NCBI GenBank assembly: GCA_039024555.1
Contig: JBCCQQ010000065.1
Span: 1-33,316, forward strand
Direction of reading: 5' to 3'
DNA from: Cyanobacteria bacterium P01_D01_bin.156
GTDB lineage: Bacteria; Cyanobacteriota; Cyanobacteriia; Phormidesmidales; Phormidesmidaceae
DNA: 33,316 bases
The notes under the pieces were generated by a model. The model was not told where the DNA came from, did no database searches, and saw nothing but the letters and a program-made list of their open reading frames with translations. Positions 1 to 10,251 of the stretch are shown here, piece after piece (within the stretch, counting starts at the first letter, position 1; each line of letters starts with the position of its first letter). Both the position numbers and the translations under genes were made by a program.

Positions 1-258
1 GTGACCCATTTTTCCGGTCAAACCCCTTGGGAATGCCATCCGCAAGACGAACTCCTGTACGTGCTAGATGGTTCAGTTGAAGTCACGCTATGGCACGAGA
101 CAGATCCAGAAATGAGTATCGTCTCGGCCGGAGCCATGTGTGTCGTACCGAAAGGGGTGTGGCATCGGCAGATTCCCAGACCCGTAGCGAGGCTACTGTT
201 CATCACTGGGGATACTGAGGTTTCCTACGATGAAAGACCGCCGCAGACATCTACCTAA
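1..258 (+). CDS. Cupin-domain protein (probably 5'-partial at window edge)
   Basis: WECHPQDELLYVLDG ... VVPKGVWH cupin motifs 1 and 2. Confidence 0.8.
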   Translation: MTHFSGQTPWECHPQDELLYVLDGSVEVTLWHETDPEMSIVSAGAMCVVPKGVWHRQIPRPVARLLFITGDTEVSYDERPPQTST

Positions 259-282
259 CAACCGCGCTGCACCGTAACGCCC

Positions 283-465
283 CAAATAGCATCAAAAATA
301 TTTAGCCAGGAGCTATCCGAGCTTGGTATTCCGGTGGCAAAGTGGCCAGATATTCATGACTTTAATGAGTTTAGGCGCTGCTTTAAAGTTGAGCACCTTG
401 CATTCATTGCCGACTTAGGAGCCGAGCCACTTGTTACGCGGGAGATAACACTGTGGAATGCCTAA
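283..465 (+). pseudogene. 5'-truncated hypothetical gene remnant
   Basis: Frame is open from 259 to 465 without ATG: QIASKIFSQELSELGIPVAKWPDIHDFNEFRRCFKVEHLAFIADLGAEPLVTREITLWNA*; the stop lies in GCCTAAC. Confidence 0.4.
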
Positions 466-570
466 CAAATTTAGGTGATCGGACAATTTACGCTGTCTTT
501 TGCTCCGTGATTTGTCATTGCTAAAAGCGTTATCTCGACAAAATTATATCTACGTGGCTACGAGATTTTT

Positions 571-1068
571 ATGTCAAAACCAGATCTGATATTGCGACTT
601 GTTCGGCATGATGATTCTCCTCGTTTACAGGAAATTCGGCAAGCAGCTTTTGAACCCATATTTGCTTCGTTTCGCTCAATCTTGGGAGATAAAATATACG
701 AGTTAGCGCAGGCTAAAGAAGATGAAGAACAAGAGTCACTTCTTGCTTCAATGCTTGAGCCTGAATCTGATTGGGACGTGTATGTAGCTAAATTAGCTGC
801 GACTGTTGTTGGGTTTGTCTCAGTACAGCTAAATCTAGATACCCATGTTGGCGAGATTGGCCTGAATGCAGTTCATCCAGACTTTGCAGGGCGAGGGGTT
901 GGAACAGCCATGTATGAGTTTGCGATCGCCCGCATGAAAGAAGCAGGTATGCAGGTTGCAACCGTTGCAACGGGTGGAGACCCAAGTCATGCACCAGCAC
1001 GGCGTGCCTACAGAAAGGCCGGTTTCACAGTAGAGATTCCCAGTGTTTGGATGTGTCGCACACTGTAA
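571..1068 (+). CDS. GNAT family N-acetyltransferase
   Basis: AVHPDFAGRGVGT acetyl-CoA motif A; ARRAYRKAGF motif B. Confidence 0.9.
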   Translation: MSKPDLILRLVRHDDSPRLQEIRQAAFEPIFASFRSILGDKIYELAQAKEDEEQESLLASMLEPESDWDVYVAKLAATVVGFVSVQLNLDTHVGEIGLNAVHPDFAGRGVGTAMYEFAIARMKEAGMQVATVATGGDPSHAPARRAYRKAGFTVEIPSVWMCRTL

Positions 1069-1071
1069 GGC

Positions 1072-2430
1072 TTAGCGTTTTACCAAAGCCATTTGGATGC
1101 CATGTCTGGGACGTAACGTAAAAGCTCCCCAGAGCTCCACTGGCTTATCGTTCACCAGATCAAACCTAAACTGCTGACAAATTGTCGCTAACACCAACAC
1201 CAATTCCATCATGGCAAAGGCTTGCCCAATACAAACCCTGGGGCCACCGCCAAAAGGAAAATAAGCAAACGTAGGTAGCTGTTTCTCAAAGCCATCGGAC
1301 CATCGCTGTGGTATGAAGCTGTCTGGCTGTTCAAAATAGCGCGGGTCTCGCTGAACAATCCACGGGCTCATAAAAACAAAGCTGCCTGGCTTTAGCTCAA
1401 CTCCACCGACCTCACAGGGCTTGGCCACTGTTCTCCCAATGGCCCACGCAGGTGGATAAAGCCTGAGAGTCTCCTTCACCACCTGTGTCGTAAACGCTAG
1501 CCGTGGATAATCATCCACCGTTGGGCTTCGACCTGCTAAAACCGTATGCAATTCAGTTGCAAGTTGTTCTTCGATATCAGGATGTTGTGCCAGCAGATAG
1601 AGTGCCCAGGTCAACGCATTGGCCGTTGTCTCATGTCCCGCAATCAACAATGTCATAATCTCACTCTGCAATTGTTGATCGGACATGGGTTGGCCATCTT
1701 CATCCCGTGCCTGTAACAACATGGAGAGTAAGTCAACCGTATCTTCTTCTTTCGAAGCTCGCCGCTGCTGCACGATGCTGGTAATCAAGTTCTGCATACG
1801 TTTAGCTACTCGACGAAACCGCAGGTTAGACGCTGTGGGCACCCAGTCCGGCATAAAAAATAAAAATGGATTGGTACTGCGTAGCCCAAAGTATTCAATA
1901 ATCACCTCCATCGCTTTATCGATGTCTGTGGCCTTATCAGTCACATCTGCACCAAATAAGGTTTTGGCCGCAATTTCCACCGTCAACTGCATCATCTCCT
2001 GATGAATGTCGCGCACATTCCCCGGTTGCCATGTGCTTAGCAGACGATTGGTGTAGTCAACCATGGTCTCGCCATAGGTGGCAATCCGCTCTCGATGAAA
2101 TGCTGGCTGCATCAACCGTCGCTGACGTTGCCAAAAATCTCCTTCGCTGGTGAGCAGTCCCTTACCCAGGATTAGTCTTAGAATTGATAGGGCCTGGTCT
2201 TTAATAAAGTAATCGCGCTTTGATACAAAAACCTCTTCCAGCTGATCTGGATGATTTAGCTGCACACCAGGAAACATTAGCCCTGAGAAAGCAACCACAT
2301 CACCATATTCATCCGCACACCGACGGCTAAACCCCATGGGGTCTTGGCTGTAGTCCTGTATGCTGCCGATGAGAAAATTTCCCTTGGGGCCACGGGGAGA
2401 TTCTTTGGATGCAATGGAGTCGGATGCCAT
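1072..2430 (-). CDS. Cytochrome P450
   Basis: AGHETT I-helix, ETLR (ExxR), FGGGPRVCIG heme-Cys motif. Confidence 0.95.
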   Translation of the reverse strand: MASDSIASKESPRGPKGNFLIGSIQDYSQDPMGFSRRCADEYGDVVAFSGLMFPGVQLNHPDQLEEVFVSKRDYFIKDQALSILRLILGKGLLTSEGDFWQRQRRLMQPAFHRERIATYGETMVDYTNRLLSTWQPGNVRDIHQEMMQLTVEIAAKTLFGADVTDKATDIDKAMEVIIEYFGLRSTNPFLFFMPDWVPTASNLRFRRVAKRMQNLITSIVQQRRASKEEDTVDLLSMLLQARDEDGQPMSDQQLQSEIMTLLIAGHETTANALTWALYLLAQHPDIEEQLATELHTVLAGRSPTVDDYPRLAFTTQVVKETLRLYPPAWAIGRTVAKPCEVGGVELKPGSFVFMSPWIVQRDPRYFEQPDSFIPQRWSDGFEKQLPTFAYFPFGGGPRVCIGQAFAMMELVLVLATICQQFRFDLVNDKPVELWGAFTLRPRHGIQMALVKR

Positions 2431-2438
2431 GGTAAAAA

Positions 2439-2819
2439 TTAAAGCTGAGAAATGGTTGTGGCTAGTTGAAAATCTAGTTCGGTTAAGCCTCCGGCATCAT
2501 GGGTGGTGAGTTCAAGAGAGACTTGATTGTAGTTAACGGTAATGTCTGGATGGTGGGCTAATTTTTCAGCGGGGTCTACCAAACTGTTAACAAAATCAAT
2601 CGCTTCGACAAAATTTTCAAACGTGCGGGTATGGAAAAGGCTCTGTCCATCCGTTGTCCAATCTGGCAGTTGTTGCATGTGTAGCTGAACTTCAGAGTTA
2701 CTGAGACGAGTCAGACGGTTTTTTGTATGAACTACACTCACCTGCTCCACTGGAGCAGGGACAACTAACGCATTTACCCCTGCCTGTGTACTGGTAAAAA
2801 TTAATAGTGCGTGCAACAT
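2439..2819 (-). CDS. Pterin-4-alpha-carbinolamine dehydratase family protein
   Basis: AEKLAHHPDI and LTTHDAGGLTELDFQLA signatures. Confidence 0.88.
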   Translation of the reverse strand: MLHALLIFTSTQAGVNALVVPAPVEQVSVVHTKNRLTRLSNSEVQLHMQQLPDWTTDGQSLFHTRTFENFVEAIDFVNSLVDPAEKLAHHPDITVNYNQVSLELTTHDAGGLTELDFQLATTISQL

Positions 2820-2953
2820 ATCATTCGCTCTAAATATAAATTAGTGATGGGCATCGTGGACGGCACCTACTGTACGAAGGGTACAAAGACTTTCCACAAG
2901 ATGCGACAATGAGTAATGTCAATCTATTTCACATTACTTAACCGGTATTCCCA

Positions 2954-3502
2954 ATGCTAAAGCGACTGGCTGCCCTAATCATTGTATTTGCCACGGCGTT
3001 TGGCCTTCAGGCCTGCGGCGGCTCCACCCCTGTGAGCTTGCTGGACTACGTAAATAGCTTTGAAGGCTATCAGTTTGGCTATCCCACCGGTTGGGTAGAG
3101 GTCAATGTATCCAATGGTCCCCAGGTTGTATTCCATGACATTATTAACCCCACTGAAAATGTCAGCGTCGTGGTTAGCCCTGTGGCTGAAGGTAAAACCT
3201 TAGAAGAGCTGGGTGGCCCCACCGAAGTAGGCTATAAGCTTTCTAAGAGCATTACCGATATGGCTGGGGACAATCGTGATGTGGAATTACTCAGTGCTCA
3301 GAATGTAGATACGGACGACGGTAAGACCTATTACATCCTTGAGTATCTGGCTACCACCCCCGAAGGTCAGCGTCACAATTTGGCTAGCGCGATCGTACGT
3401 CGTGGTCAGCTATTTACCTTTAATGCATCGGTTCCAGAAGCTCGCTGGAAGCGCTTAAAGTCCTCCCTTACTCGCTCGGTTGCGTCCTTCTCTGTTTACT
3501 AA
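2954..3502 (+). CDS. psbP: Photosystem II PsbP-like lipoprotein (CyanoP)
   Basis: Lipobox LQAC; GYQFGYPTGW, FHDIINPTENVSVVVS and LGGPTEVG motifs; adjacent to maf. Confidence 0.88.
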   Translation: MLKRLAALIIVFATAFGLQACGGSTPVSLLDYVNSFEGYQFGYPTGWVEVNVSNGPQVVFHDIINPTENVSVVVSPVAEGKTLEELGGPTEVGYKLSKSITDMAGDNRDVELLSAQNVDTDDGKTYYILEYLATTPEGQRHNLASAIVRRGQLFTFNASVPEARWKRLKSSLTRSVASFSVY

Positions 3503-4104
3503 TGTCTGCTGTTCCCCAATTTGTCCTGGCATCTGCATCTGCACCTCGTCGTCAGCTTCTACTAAATGCTGGCATTCAGCCTTTTGTTTCCCCTAGTAAG
3601 TTTGATGAGGACCAGATTCAGCTTAGCGATCCGTCTGCTTTGGTAAAGGCACTATCCATAGGAAAAGCAGAAACGGTTGCTCCGCTTTTTCCCAATGCTG
3701 TAGTGCTGGGTTGTGATTCGGTTCTGGCCTTTGAAAATGTGATCTACGGTAAGCCGGAAACTCCAGAAGCTGCCGTAAAGCGCTGGTGGAAAATGCGCGG
3801 TAAGGTGGCCGAAATATTTACGGGCCATACGCTAGTCGCTCCCCAAGGTAGAAAGACGTTGACCCGCTGTCAGGTGACTCGGGTCTACTTTACTTGGCTT
3901 AGCGATCGCGAAATTGAAGACTACGTAGCCACAGGCGAACCCATGCACTGTGCTGGTGCCTTTACCATTGATGGTAGGGGCGGCTTTTTTGTAGAAAAGC
4001 TAGAAGGTTGCCATACGAATGTTATTGGTCTCAGCATGCCGATGTTGCGAGACATGCTCGGCGAGTTAGGCTATCGGGTAACTGATTTTTGGCAAAAGGT
4101 ATAG
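3502..4104 (+). CDS. maf: Maf-family nucleoside triphosphate pyrophosphatase
   Basis: VLASAS..RR, GCDS, CAGAF and NVIGLS motifs; TAATG overlap with the psbP stop. Confidence 0.9.
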   Translation: MSAVPQFVLASASAPRRQLLLNAGIQPFVSPSKFDEDQIQLSDPSALVKALSIGKAETVAPLFPNAVVLGCDSVLAFENVIYGKPETPEAAVKRWWKMRGKVAEIFTGHTLVAPQGRKTLTRCQVTRVYFTWLSDREIEDYVATGEPMHCAGAFTIDGRGGFFVEKLEGCHTNVIGLSMPMLRDMLGELGYRVTDFWQKV

Positions 4105-4194
4105 GTAACGATTAGGTCCATGTCACTAGTCAGAGTGATTGATAGTTTTCATCACAGGCTATAACTATGATCAGCAGAGTTCGGAGATGTGGTC

Positions 4195-4812
4195 ATGGTA
4201 CAAACATTGCCCATTGAGCAGCTGACACTCTATGACTTGGAGCAACAGTTTGGGTTGCAAGAGGTTGCCGATAAATCTTTTTTTTCAGAGTGGCAGGGAG
4301 AGCTGCCTGTGCTTAATGTCGCAGAGCAAGAACGCCTTGCGCGGGTAGAAGCGGCCTATGCAAACTTAGAAAAGCGCGCTCTGCTGGAAAATACAGTGAA
4401 AATGGCGGTGGTTGCCCCCCTTTTGGACTTGGCTGGGTTGTTTTTACCCCCGTTTTACGTCACCACTGAGAAATCTGTAGAAATTACGGCCCAAACCACT
4501 GAACTAAGCTTGAGGGGACGACTCGATGTTCTGGTCCTCAAAGATCAGCTGTGGGTGTTGGTGATTGAGTCTAAGCGTGCGGAGTTCTCACTTAAGGTCG
4601 GTATCCCTCAAGTGCTAGGTTACATGCTGGCAGCTCCTGAGTCCTCCTTACCCATGTATGGTCTGGTAACGAATGGCAGTAGCTTTGTTTTTTTGAAGTT
4701 GGTCGAGAATCAATATGCTCGGTCAAAAGAACTGATTTTAGATCAAGATGATGGACTGGCTAAGACGCTACAAATTGTGAAAGCACTCGCAACAGTTGCC
4801 ACAAATAATTAA
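4195..4812 (+). CDS. PD-(D/E)xK restriction-endonuclease-like protein (HsdR N-terminal-like)
   Basis: GRLDVLV...VIESKR, QVLGYM and GLVTNG motifs; GGAG upstream of ATG 4195. Confidence 0.7.
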   Translation: MVQTLPIEQLTLYDLEQQFGLQEVADKSFFSEWQGELPVLNVAEQERLARVEAAYANLEKRALLENTVKMAVVAPLLDLAGLFLPPFYVTTEKSVEITAQTTELSLRGRLDVLVLKDQLWVLVIESKRAEFSLKVGIPQVLGYMLAAPESSLPMYGLVTNGSSFVFLKLVENQYARSKELILDQDDGLAKTLQIVKALATVATNN

Positions 4813-4891
4813 GGCTTGTTCAACGGATGAACGCTATCTAACTTTCTTTATCACTCACGCCACTGTGAGTATCATGACCAATCGAAAATAA

Positions 4892-7231
4892 TTAATTGTT
4901 TTCCCTCAACTGCCAGCGCAATAGTAACGAATTCAACACCACACCAATGGAACTAAAGGCCATAAACCCACCAGCAAAACCAGGGCTTAAGGCAACACCA
5001 AATTTTGGCAACAAAACACCTGCTGCCAAAGGAATACACACCAGGTTGTAACCAAAGGCCCAGGCCAGGTTCTGACGAATTTTATTAAAAGTACTGCGCC
5101 CCAAATCCAGAGCCGCTAAGATATCTGTTAGCTCGTCTCGCATCAGGACAATATCTGCGGTTTCCATGGCAATCTCTGTACCAGAATGCATGGCAATGGC
5201 CACATCTGCCTGGGCCAGCGCCGGAGCATCATTGATGCCATCCCCTACAAAGCCCACCCGGTGCCCCGCCTGCTGCAGTTGCTCAATGGCTTGGACTTTA
5301 TCCGCTGGTGTCATCTGCCCTTTAGCTTTGGAAATGCCTAAATCAAGGGCAATGCGATTAGCTGCATCTGGCCGATCTCCGCTGAGGAGCTGTACGGTTA
5401 GATGTTTCTCCTTGAGCTGCTGAATTACCAATTGGGCCTCAGAACGAGGCCTATCCGCCACTGCGATGACTCCTACTAAATGCTCATCAATAGCTACATA
5501 GACAAGAGTTTTTCCCTGAGCTGCCAGGGCGGTGACATCCTGATCGGCTCCATCGGTAAAAATGTTGGCCTTGGCTAACCAGGCATCACTTCCCAGATAA
5601 ATGGTTTTTCCTTGCCATGTGGCACTTACACCTAGCCCCGGTTCTGTAATGCTGTTATCGATTTCGTGTAAGGGCTGCTGTCGTTGTTGAGCTGCGGCTA
5701 CAATCGCATCTGCTAAGGGATGGCGAGTTCCTTGTTCTACACTGGCGGCTAGCTGGAGTACATCGTCTTCGGTTAGCGTTGGATCGTAACTTAGGCAATC
5801 GGTGACCCAGGGTTTACCTGTCGTGAGGGTACCGGTTTTATCAAAAATAATGGTGTCCAGTTGATGTAGCTTTTCGAGGACGTCACCACCTCGCACCAGC
5901 AGTCCTCGCTGGGCTCCAATGCCAGACCCTACCAAGATTGCCATGGGGGTGGCTAACCCCAGAGCGCAGGGACAGGCGATGACTACGACTGCGATCGCAA
6001 GCTTTAAACTTACCAACAGTTTTGACGTGTCCGTCACCATATGTCCCATATGCCCATGGTGGCCGGAGTTTAAGGCTGCTTGGGCAGCGTCGGGCCAAAT
6101 GGTTAGACCAGCGCCATACCAAAAGAGAAATGTCAGCAGCGCCAAAGTTAAAATGCCATAGGTAAAATACCCGGACAGAGTATCGGCTAATCCTTGAATG
6201 GGAGCTTTACGAGTTTGGGCCGCTTCCACCAACTGAATCATTTGGGCCAGGGTGCTCTCGGCCCCTGTTCGCTGTACCTTGATCGTGATCAGCCCCGACT
6301 GGTTGAGGGTGCCGCCAATTACCTGGTCTCTAGGCTGTTTTGTGACGAGTAGAGATTCTCCTGTCACCATGGATTCGTCCACAGTGGTTTGGCCCTGGTC
6401 AATCTCTCCATCTACCGGAATTTTGTCACCGGGTAACACCTGCAGGAGATCCTCGACCTGTATCTGGGCGATGGGAATATCTACGGCTTTGCCCGGTCCA
6501 GCCAATAAGCGTGCATTGCTAGGCTGCAGAGCAATGAGACCCCGTAGCGCCGATGTCGCCCGAAACCGTGCCCGTTCTTCCAGTGTGCGCCCCAGCAAAA
6601 TAAAGCTGAGCAGCATCACGGGCTCATCAAAAAAGCACTCCCAGCCTAATGTTGGCAACACTAATGCGACAACACTGGCCAGGTAGGCACTCAATGCGCC
6701 GATGCTCACCAGGGTGTTCATATTTGGGCGAGCCCGCCGAATCCCGGTCCAACCATCTTGCAAAATGCTGCGAGCGGGTAGTGCCAAGGTGAGCGTAGCC
6801 AGAGCAAAGTGAAACCACAGGGTGGTCAAGATGGGGATATTGAAGCGGCCCCCCAGACTGTCAACGTGGTTAAGGTGACCAAGGATGGACAGAGCTAAAA
6901 GGGTGATTGCGATCGCCAGACGCCATTCCTGACCCTGCTGGTCCGCTGCCTGTTGGTCTGCCCAGGTGCCAAGATCGTTTCCCTGCCGTAGCTCACTGGG
7001 AAATCCTGCCTCCGTTAGCACCGTGGCAAAGTTTTCTGGTTCAGCAGCATTCGCTTCATACTGTACGGCTGCCGCTTTGGTTACTAAATTTACGGTGGCT
7101 GTAGCCACCCCCTCACACTGAAGCAGCTGAGTTTCTACGGCTTTGACACAGCCAGCACACATCATGCCATCCACATTCAGGACAGCGACGGCAGAAGCAG
7201 TGGGTTTATCAGGTGATACCGTTGGGGTCAT
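4892..7231 (-). CDS. Heavy-metal (Cu+) P1B-type ATPase, CtaA-like
   Basis: GMMCAGC metal-binding domain, TGES, CPC, DKTGT, HP, GDGINDAP, YN and MAFSS Cu+ ligands; start could be TTG 7240. Confidence 0.92.
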   Translation of the reverse strand: MTPTVSPDKPTASAVAVLNVDGMMCAGCVKAVETQLLQCEGVATATVNLVTKAAAVQYEANAAEPENFATVLTEAGFPSELRQGNDLGTWADQQAADQQGQEWRLAIAITLLALSILGHLNHVDSLGGRFNIPILTTLWFHFALATLTLALPARSILQDGWTGIRRARPNMNTLVSIGALSAYLASVVALVLPTLGWECFFDEPVMLLSFILLGRTLEERARFRATSALRGLIALQPSNARLLAGPGKAVDIPIAQIQVEDLLQVLPGDKIPVDGEIDQGQTTVDESMVTGESLLVTKQPRDQVIGGTLNQSGLITIKVQRTGAESTLAQMIQLVEAAQTRKAPIQGLADTLSGYFTYGILTLALLTFLFWYGAGLTIWPDAAQAALNSGHHGHMGHMVTDTSKLLVSLKLAIAVVVIACPCALGLATPMAILVGSGIGAQRGLLVRGGDVLEKLHQLDTIIFDKTGTLTTGKPWVTDCLSYDPTLTEDDVLQLAASVEQGTRHPLADAIVAAAQQRQQPLHEIDNSITEPGLGVSATWQGKTIYLGSDAWLAKANIFTDGADQDVTALAAQGKTLVYVAIDEHLVGVIAVADRPRSEAQLVIQQLKEKHLTVQLLSGDRPDAANRIALDLGISKAKGQMTPADKVQAIEQLQQAGHRVGFVGDGINDAPALAQADVAIAMHSGTEIAMETADIVLMRDELTDILAALDLGRSTFNKIRQNLAWAFGYNLVCIPLAAGVLLPKFGVALSPGFAGGFMAFSSIGVVLNSLLLRWQLRENN

Positions 7232-7393
7232 AGTCAGCAAATCGTCAGACAGTCTGAGCCTAGCGCTGATTTAGACGATTTGAGCCTGTTTCCAGGAACT
7301 CTCAAGAAAAATTTTCACCCAATAAAGTAAAAACAGCCCGAGAAGGGTATTCGCTGGAAGCGAGAAATTTTCGCTAGGGCTGTGTTCGGAAGT

Positions 7394-7473
7394 CGGAATT
7401 CAGAAGGAAAATGCATTATTTCGAACGCCAGTTGGAATTCGCAATCCCCTCCTTTTCCAACTTCTAAATTCCG
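7394..7473. repeat. Imperfect inverted repeat with adjacent heptamer-like repeats
   Basis: CGGAATTCAGAAG (7394-7406) and CTTCTAAATTCCG (7461-7473) are 12/13 complementary; ATTCCGC-ACTCCGC overlaps the right arm. Confidence 0.4.
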
Positions 7474-7521
7474 CACTCCGCATTCAACCCTTCGCCAAGA
7501 TTTCCCGGCTTGATTGATCCT

Positions 7522-8676
7522 CTATTTCGATCCCAGGGGATTCGTTTGAACGGTTTCCAGCTGAGATGTGGCCAGTCGGTCCATCCAGCCCAGCAGAAAC
7601 TCTCGGTTTTCTTCGATATCTTCTGGTGCTGTGGCGTCAGCTCCCTTAGGTAGTAACCCTATCAAGGCCGCATTGGTTACACAGAACATGGACCGTTGGA
7701 AGCTGGCACAAATTTTGACCCGCACATCCCCTAGTCTGCGTACGGTTTGCATGTAATGCTCCTCCAGATAATCTGGCATGTGACGGAACATATCCTGCAT
7801 CAGCAGTGTGGGTGGAATGCCGCTGCCGCCAATGGGCAATGGATCGGCATATAGAGCACCGTAGGTAAACCGACTTTGGTCCGGCGAGATCTGCTGAGCC
7901 TGGGCATTGTAGGAGACGGTTCCCAAGAAGGGAGCGCCCCGGAAGAAGATGGATTCTACATAGGGGATGCCCGTATCGGCCAAAAAGGTGAGCCCGGCAG
8001 CAGGGGGCAAAATATCGTAGGTTTCGCCGCCAATTTCTACACTGTAGGTAATAGGGCGAGCGGCATCGGCCACTAGGCCATCCTTAATGTGCTCAACAAT
8101 CTGGGGAATATGCTGAATCTCCCCGTTACGATAGCGAGCGGCTAAGGATGTGAAAATATCGCTCATCACTCGCCAAAACTGTCCCAGGCCGCTGTAGTAC
8201 GAAAGCTGGCGAATCTGTTCAATTAGAAATTCAGGGAAGACACGATGGAAAACCTGGAGTACTGGGTTGTACTTAATTTTAGCTGCGATCGCAGCCTGAC
8301 AATTAGCCCGAAACTCATCCGTATCCAAATAGGCATCTAGACCACCGCCACCGTGCCACATCATGGCTTTCATGGTGTATTCGGCATATTCATAATTGAT
8401 CCGATCGTGGAAAAAGTGTCTCCACATCTTGGCTGGCTGGATATCACCGTCAAAGTACTTAAAAACGGGAAACAGATTTAAGAACTGCTTGTCGGCAATA
8501 TGGTTCAAATTGATGGAGTAAAAGTCCAAAACAATACCGTAGCTGTCCAGTGCTCCCATCACTTCGATGACATTCTCGGGAGTATCTGGCAGCAGAGTCT
8601 GGCCAGCCAGAACCCGATCAGCATAGTGAGCAAACGGATGAATGTTTTTTAACTGAGCAGGTATAGTCTGAGTCAT
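7522..8676 (-). CDS. cupB: CO2 hydration protein CupB (ChpX)
   Basis: HDRINYEYAEY, LYADPLPIGGSGIPPTLLMQDM; short (384 aa) CupB type; overlaps the ndhD4 stop. Confidence 0.9.
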   Translation of the reverse strand: MTQTIPAQLKNIHPFAHYADRVLAGQTLLPDTPENVIEVMGALDSYGIVLDFYSINLNHIADKQFLNLFPVFKYFDGDIQPAKMWRHFFHDRINYEYAEYTMKAMMWHGGGGLDAYLDTDEFRANCQAAIAAKIKYNPVLQVFHRVFPEFLIEQIRQLSYYSGLGQFWRVMSDIFTSLAARYRNGEIQHIPQIVEHIKDGLVADAARPITYSVEIGGETYDILPPAAGLTFLADTGIPYVESIFFRGAPFLGTVSYNAQAQQISPDQSRFTYGALYADPLPIGGSGIPPTLLMQDMFRHMPDYLEEHYMQTVRRLGDVRVKICASFQRSMFCVTNAALIGLLPKGADATAPEDIEENREFLLGWMDRLATSQLETVQTNPLGSK

Positions 8677-10241
8677 GAGTTACAGTCTCCATCCGAACAA
8701 GTAGCTGTCGAAGAATTAGCAAGCGGCGCAGAAACGCTGTAGGACGATACTTCAAGTTTGATCGGCATAGCGTCATACATTGCTGTGGTTGTAGGTTCGA
8801 TCCAACGAGTCATCCAGCTAGGGCTTAAGCCAAACAAAAACAACAAACCCACCATCAAAAGTGCAGGGGCACGGTCTTGCCAAGTGACTATTGGCAAGAC
8901 CGGATCTTGTTCTATCGCTTGAGTATCCGATGTTGCTAAACGGCCAAAAAATGCTCGATTTACCAGCAGCAAGAAGTAAACTGCTGTGAGACCAGAGCCT
9001 AGCAAGCAAAGCAACGTTTGAGGAGCAAAACTAACAAAGCTGCCGCGGTAAACAATAAATTCAGAAATAAAGCCCACCATGCCAGGGATACCGGCACTGG
9101 CCATCACCGCCAACACCATGGCACTGCCGACCAATGGCAAACCCCGTTCAGGGTTCAGCAAGCCCCGCAGCACATTGAGGTCACGCGTTCCGGTTTTTTT
9201 ATAAACCACACCCACTACCAAAAACAGCAGCGCTGAGATAAATCCATGGCTCACCATCTGGAACACAGTTCCCACAAAGCTCAACGGATTAGAAGCTGCT
9301 GCTGCCAAAAGCACATAGCCCATGTGGCCCACCGAACTGTAGGCCACCATCTTCTTCATATCCGTTTGGGCAATGGCTGCAAACGACCCGTACAGCACAC
9401 TGGCCACAGCCCACCAGGCTAAATAGGGGGCTAAATCCACCCACACTTCTGAAAAGGTAACCACACCAAAGCGGAAGAGCCCGTAGGTGCCAAGCTTTAG
9501 CAGTACCCCTGCCAATAAAACCGAAATTGGTGTAGACGCCTGGACGTGGGCATCAGGTAACCAGGTATGAAGGGGAAATAGGGGAATCTTAATGCCAAAC
9601 CCAATCAGCAGAGCAGCTAGCAACACGGCCTGCTGAATCCAGGGGAGACCGTGGGCCATGGTGGCACTGTAGTCAAAGCTGTCCGATCCGCTAAGCCAAA
9701 CCAGTCCAAGAAATGACGCCAGAATTAAAATGCCGGAGATCGCTGTGTAGATTAAAAACTTTGTTGCCGCGTAGCCTCGCTGAGCGCCTCCCCAGATGGC
9801 AATTAATAGATACAGCGGGATTAGCTCTAGTTCATAAAAGATAAAGAAGAGAAGCAGGTTTTGGGCGACAAAAGCACCGGCCACTGCGAAGGTGATCAGC
9901 AACAACAGTGCGTAATACAGGCGAGGTCGCTGTTCATCATCGTCGCTGGCATACACGGCCACTAGAGACAACAGACTGTTGATGATAATCAGCGGCAAGG
10001 ATAGACCATCGATACCCAATTCGTAGCCCAGACCGAGATCGTCTAGCCAAGGTAATGACTCAATAAACTGCAGACCGGTAACCGCCAGGTCAAACTGGGT
10101 GAGCAGATAGAGGCTAACCAGAAAATTGAGCGCCAGACAGGCTAAGCTTAGGCGTTTAGCATCTTGACTCGTTAATTTACTGGGCCAACAGCTGATTAAC
10201 AGTGCCCCCAGCAGTGGAATCAGTAATAGTGCACTTAGCAT
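8673..10241 (-). CDS. ndhD4: NDH-1 subunit D4 (NuoM family)
   Basis: Polytopic membrane protein, FYELELIP, PLHTWLPDAHVQA, LLNPERGLP; lies between ndhF4 and cupB. Confidence 0.88.
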   Translation of the reverse strand: MLSALLLIPLLGALLISCWPSKLTSQDAKRLSLACLALNFLVSLYLLTQFDLAVTGLQFIESLPWLDDLGLGYELGIDGLSLPLIIINSLLSLVAVYASDDDEQRPRLYYALLLLITFAVAGAFVAQNLLLFFIFYELELIPLYLLIAIWGGAQRGYAATKFLIYTAISGILILASFLGLVWLSGSDSFDYSATMAHGLPWIQQAVLLAALLIGFGIKIPLFPLHTWLPDAHVQASTPISVLLAGVLLKLGTYGLFRFGVVTFSEVWVDLAPYLAWWAVASVLYGSFAAIAQTDMKKMVAYSSVGHMGYVLLAAAASNPLSFVGTVFQMVSHGFISALLFLVVGVVYKKTGTRDLNVLRGLLNPERGLPLVGSAMVLAVMASAGIPGMVGFISEFIVYRGSFVSFAPQTLLCLLGSGLTAVYFLLLVNRAFFGRLATSDTQAIEQDPVLPIVTWQDRAPALLMVGLLFLFGLSPSWMTRWIEPTTTAMYDAMPIKLEVSSYSVSAPLANSSTATCSDGDCNS

Positions 10242-10251
10242 CAGTATCTCC

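Noticed and set aside
4195..4812. Type I restriction-modification system
   Set aside because: Only a solitary nuclease-like domain; no helicase, hsdM or hsdS
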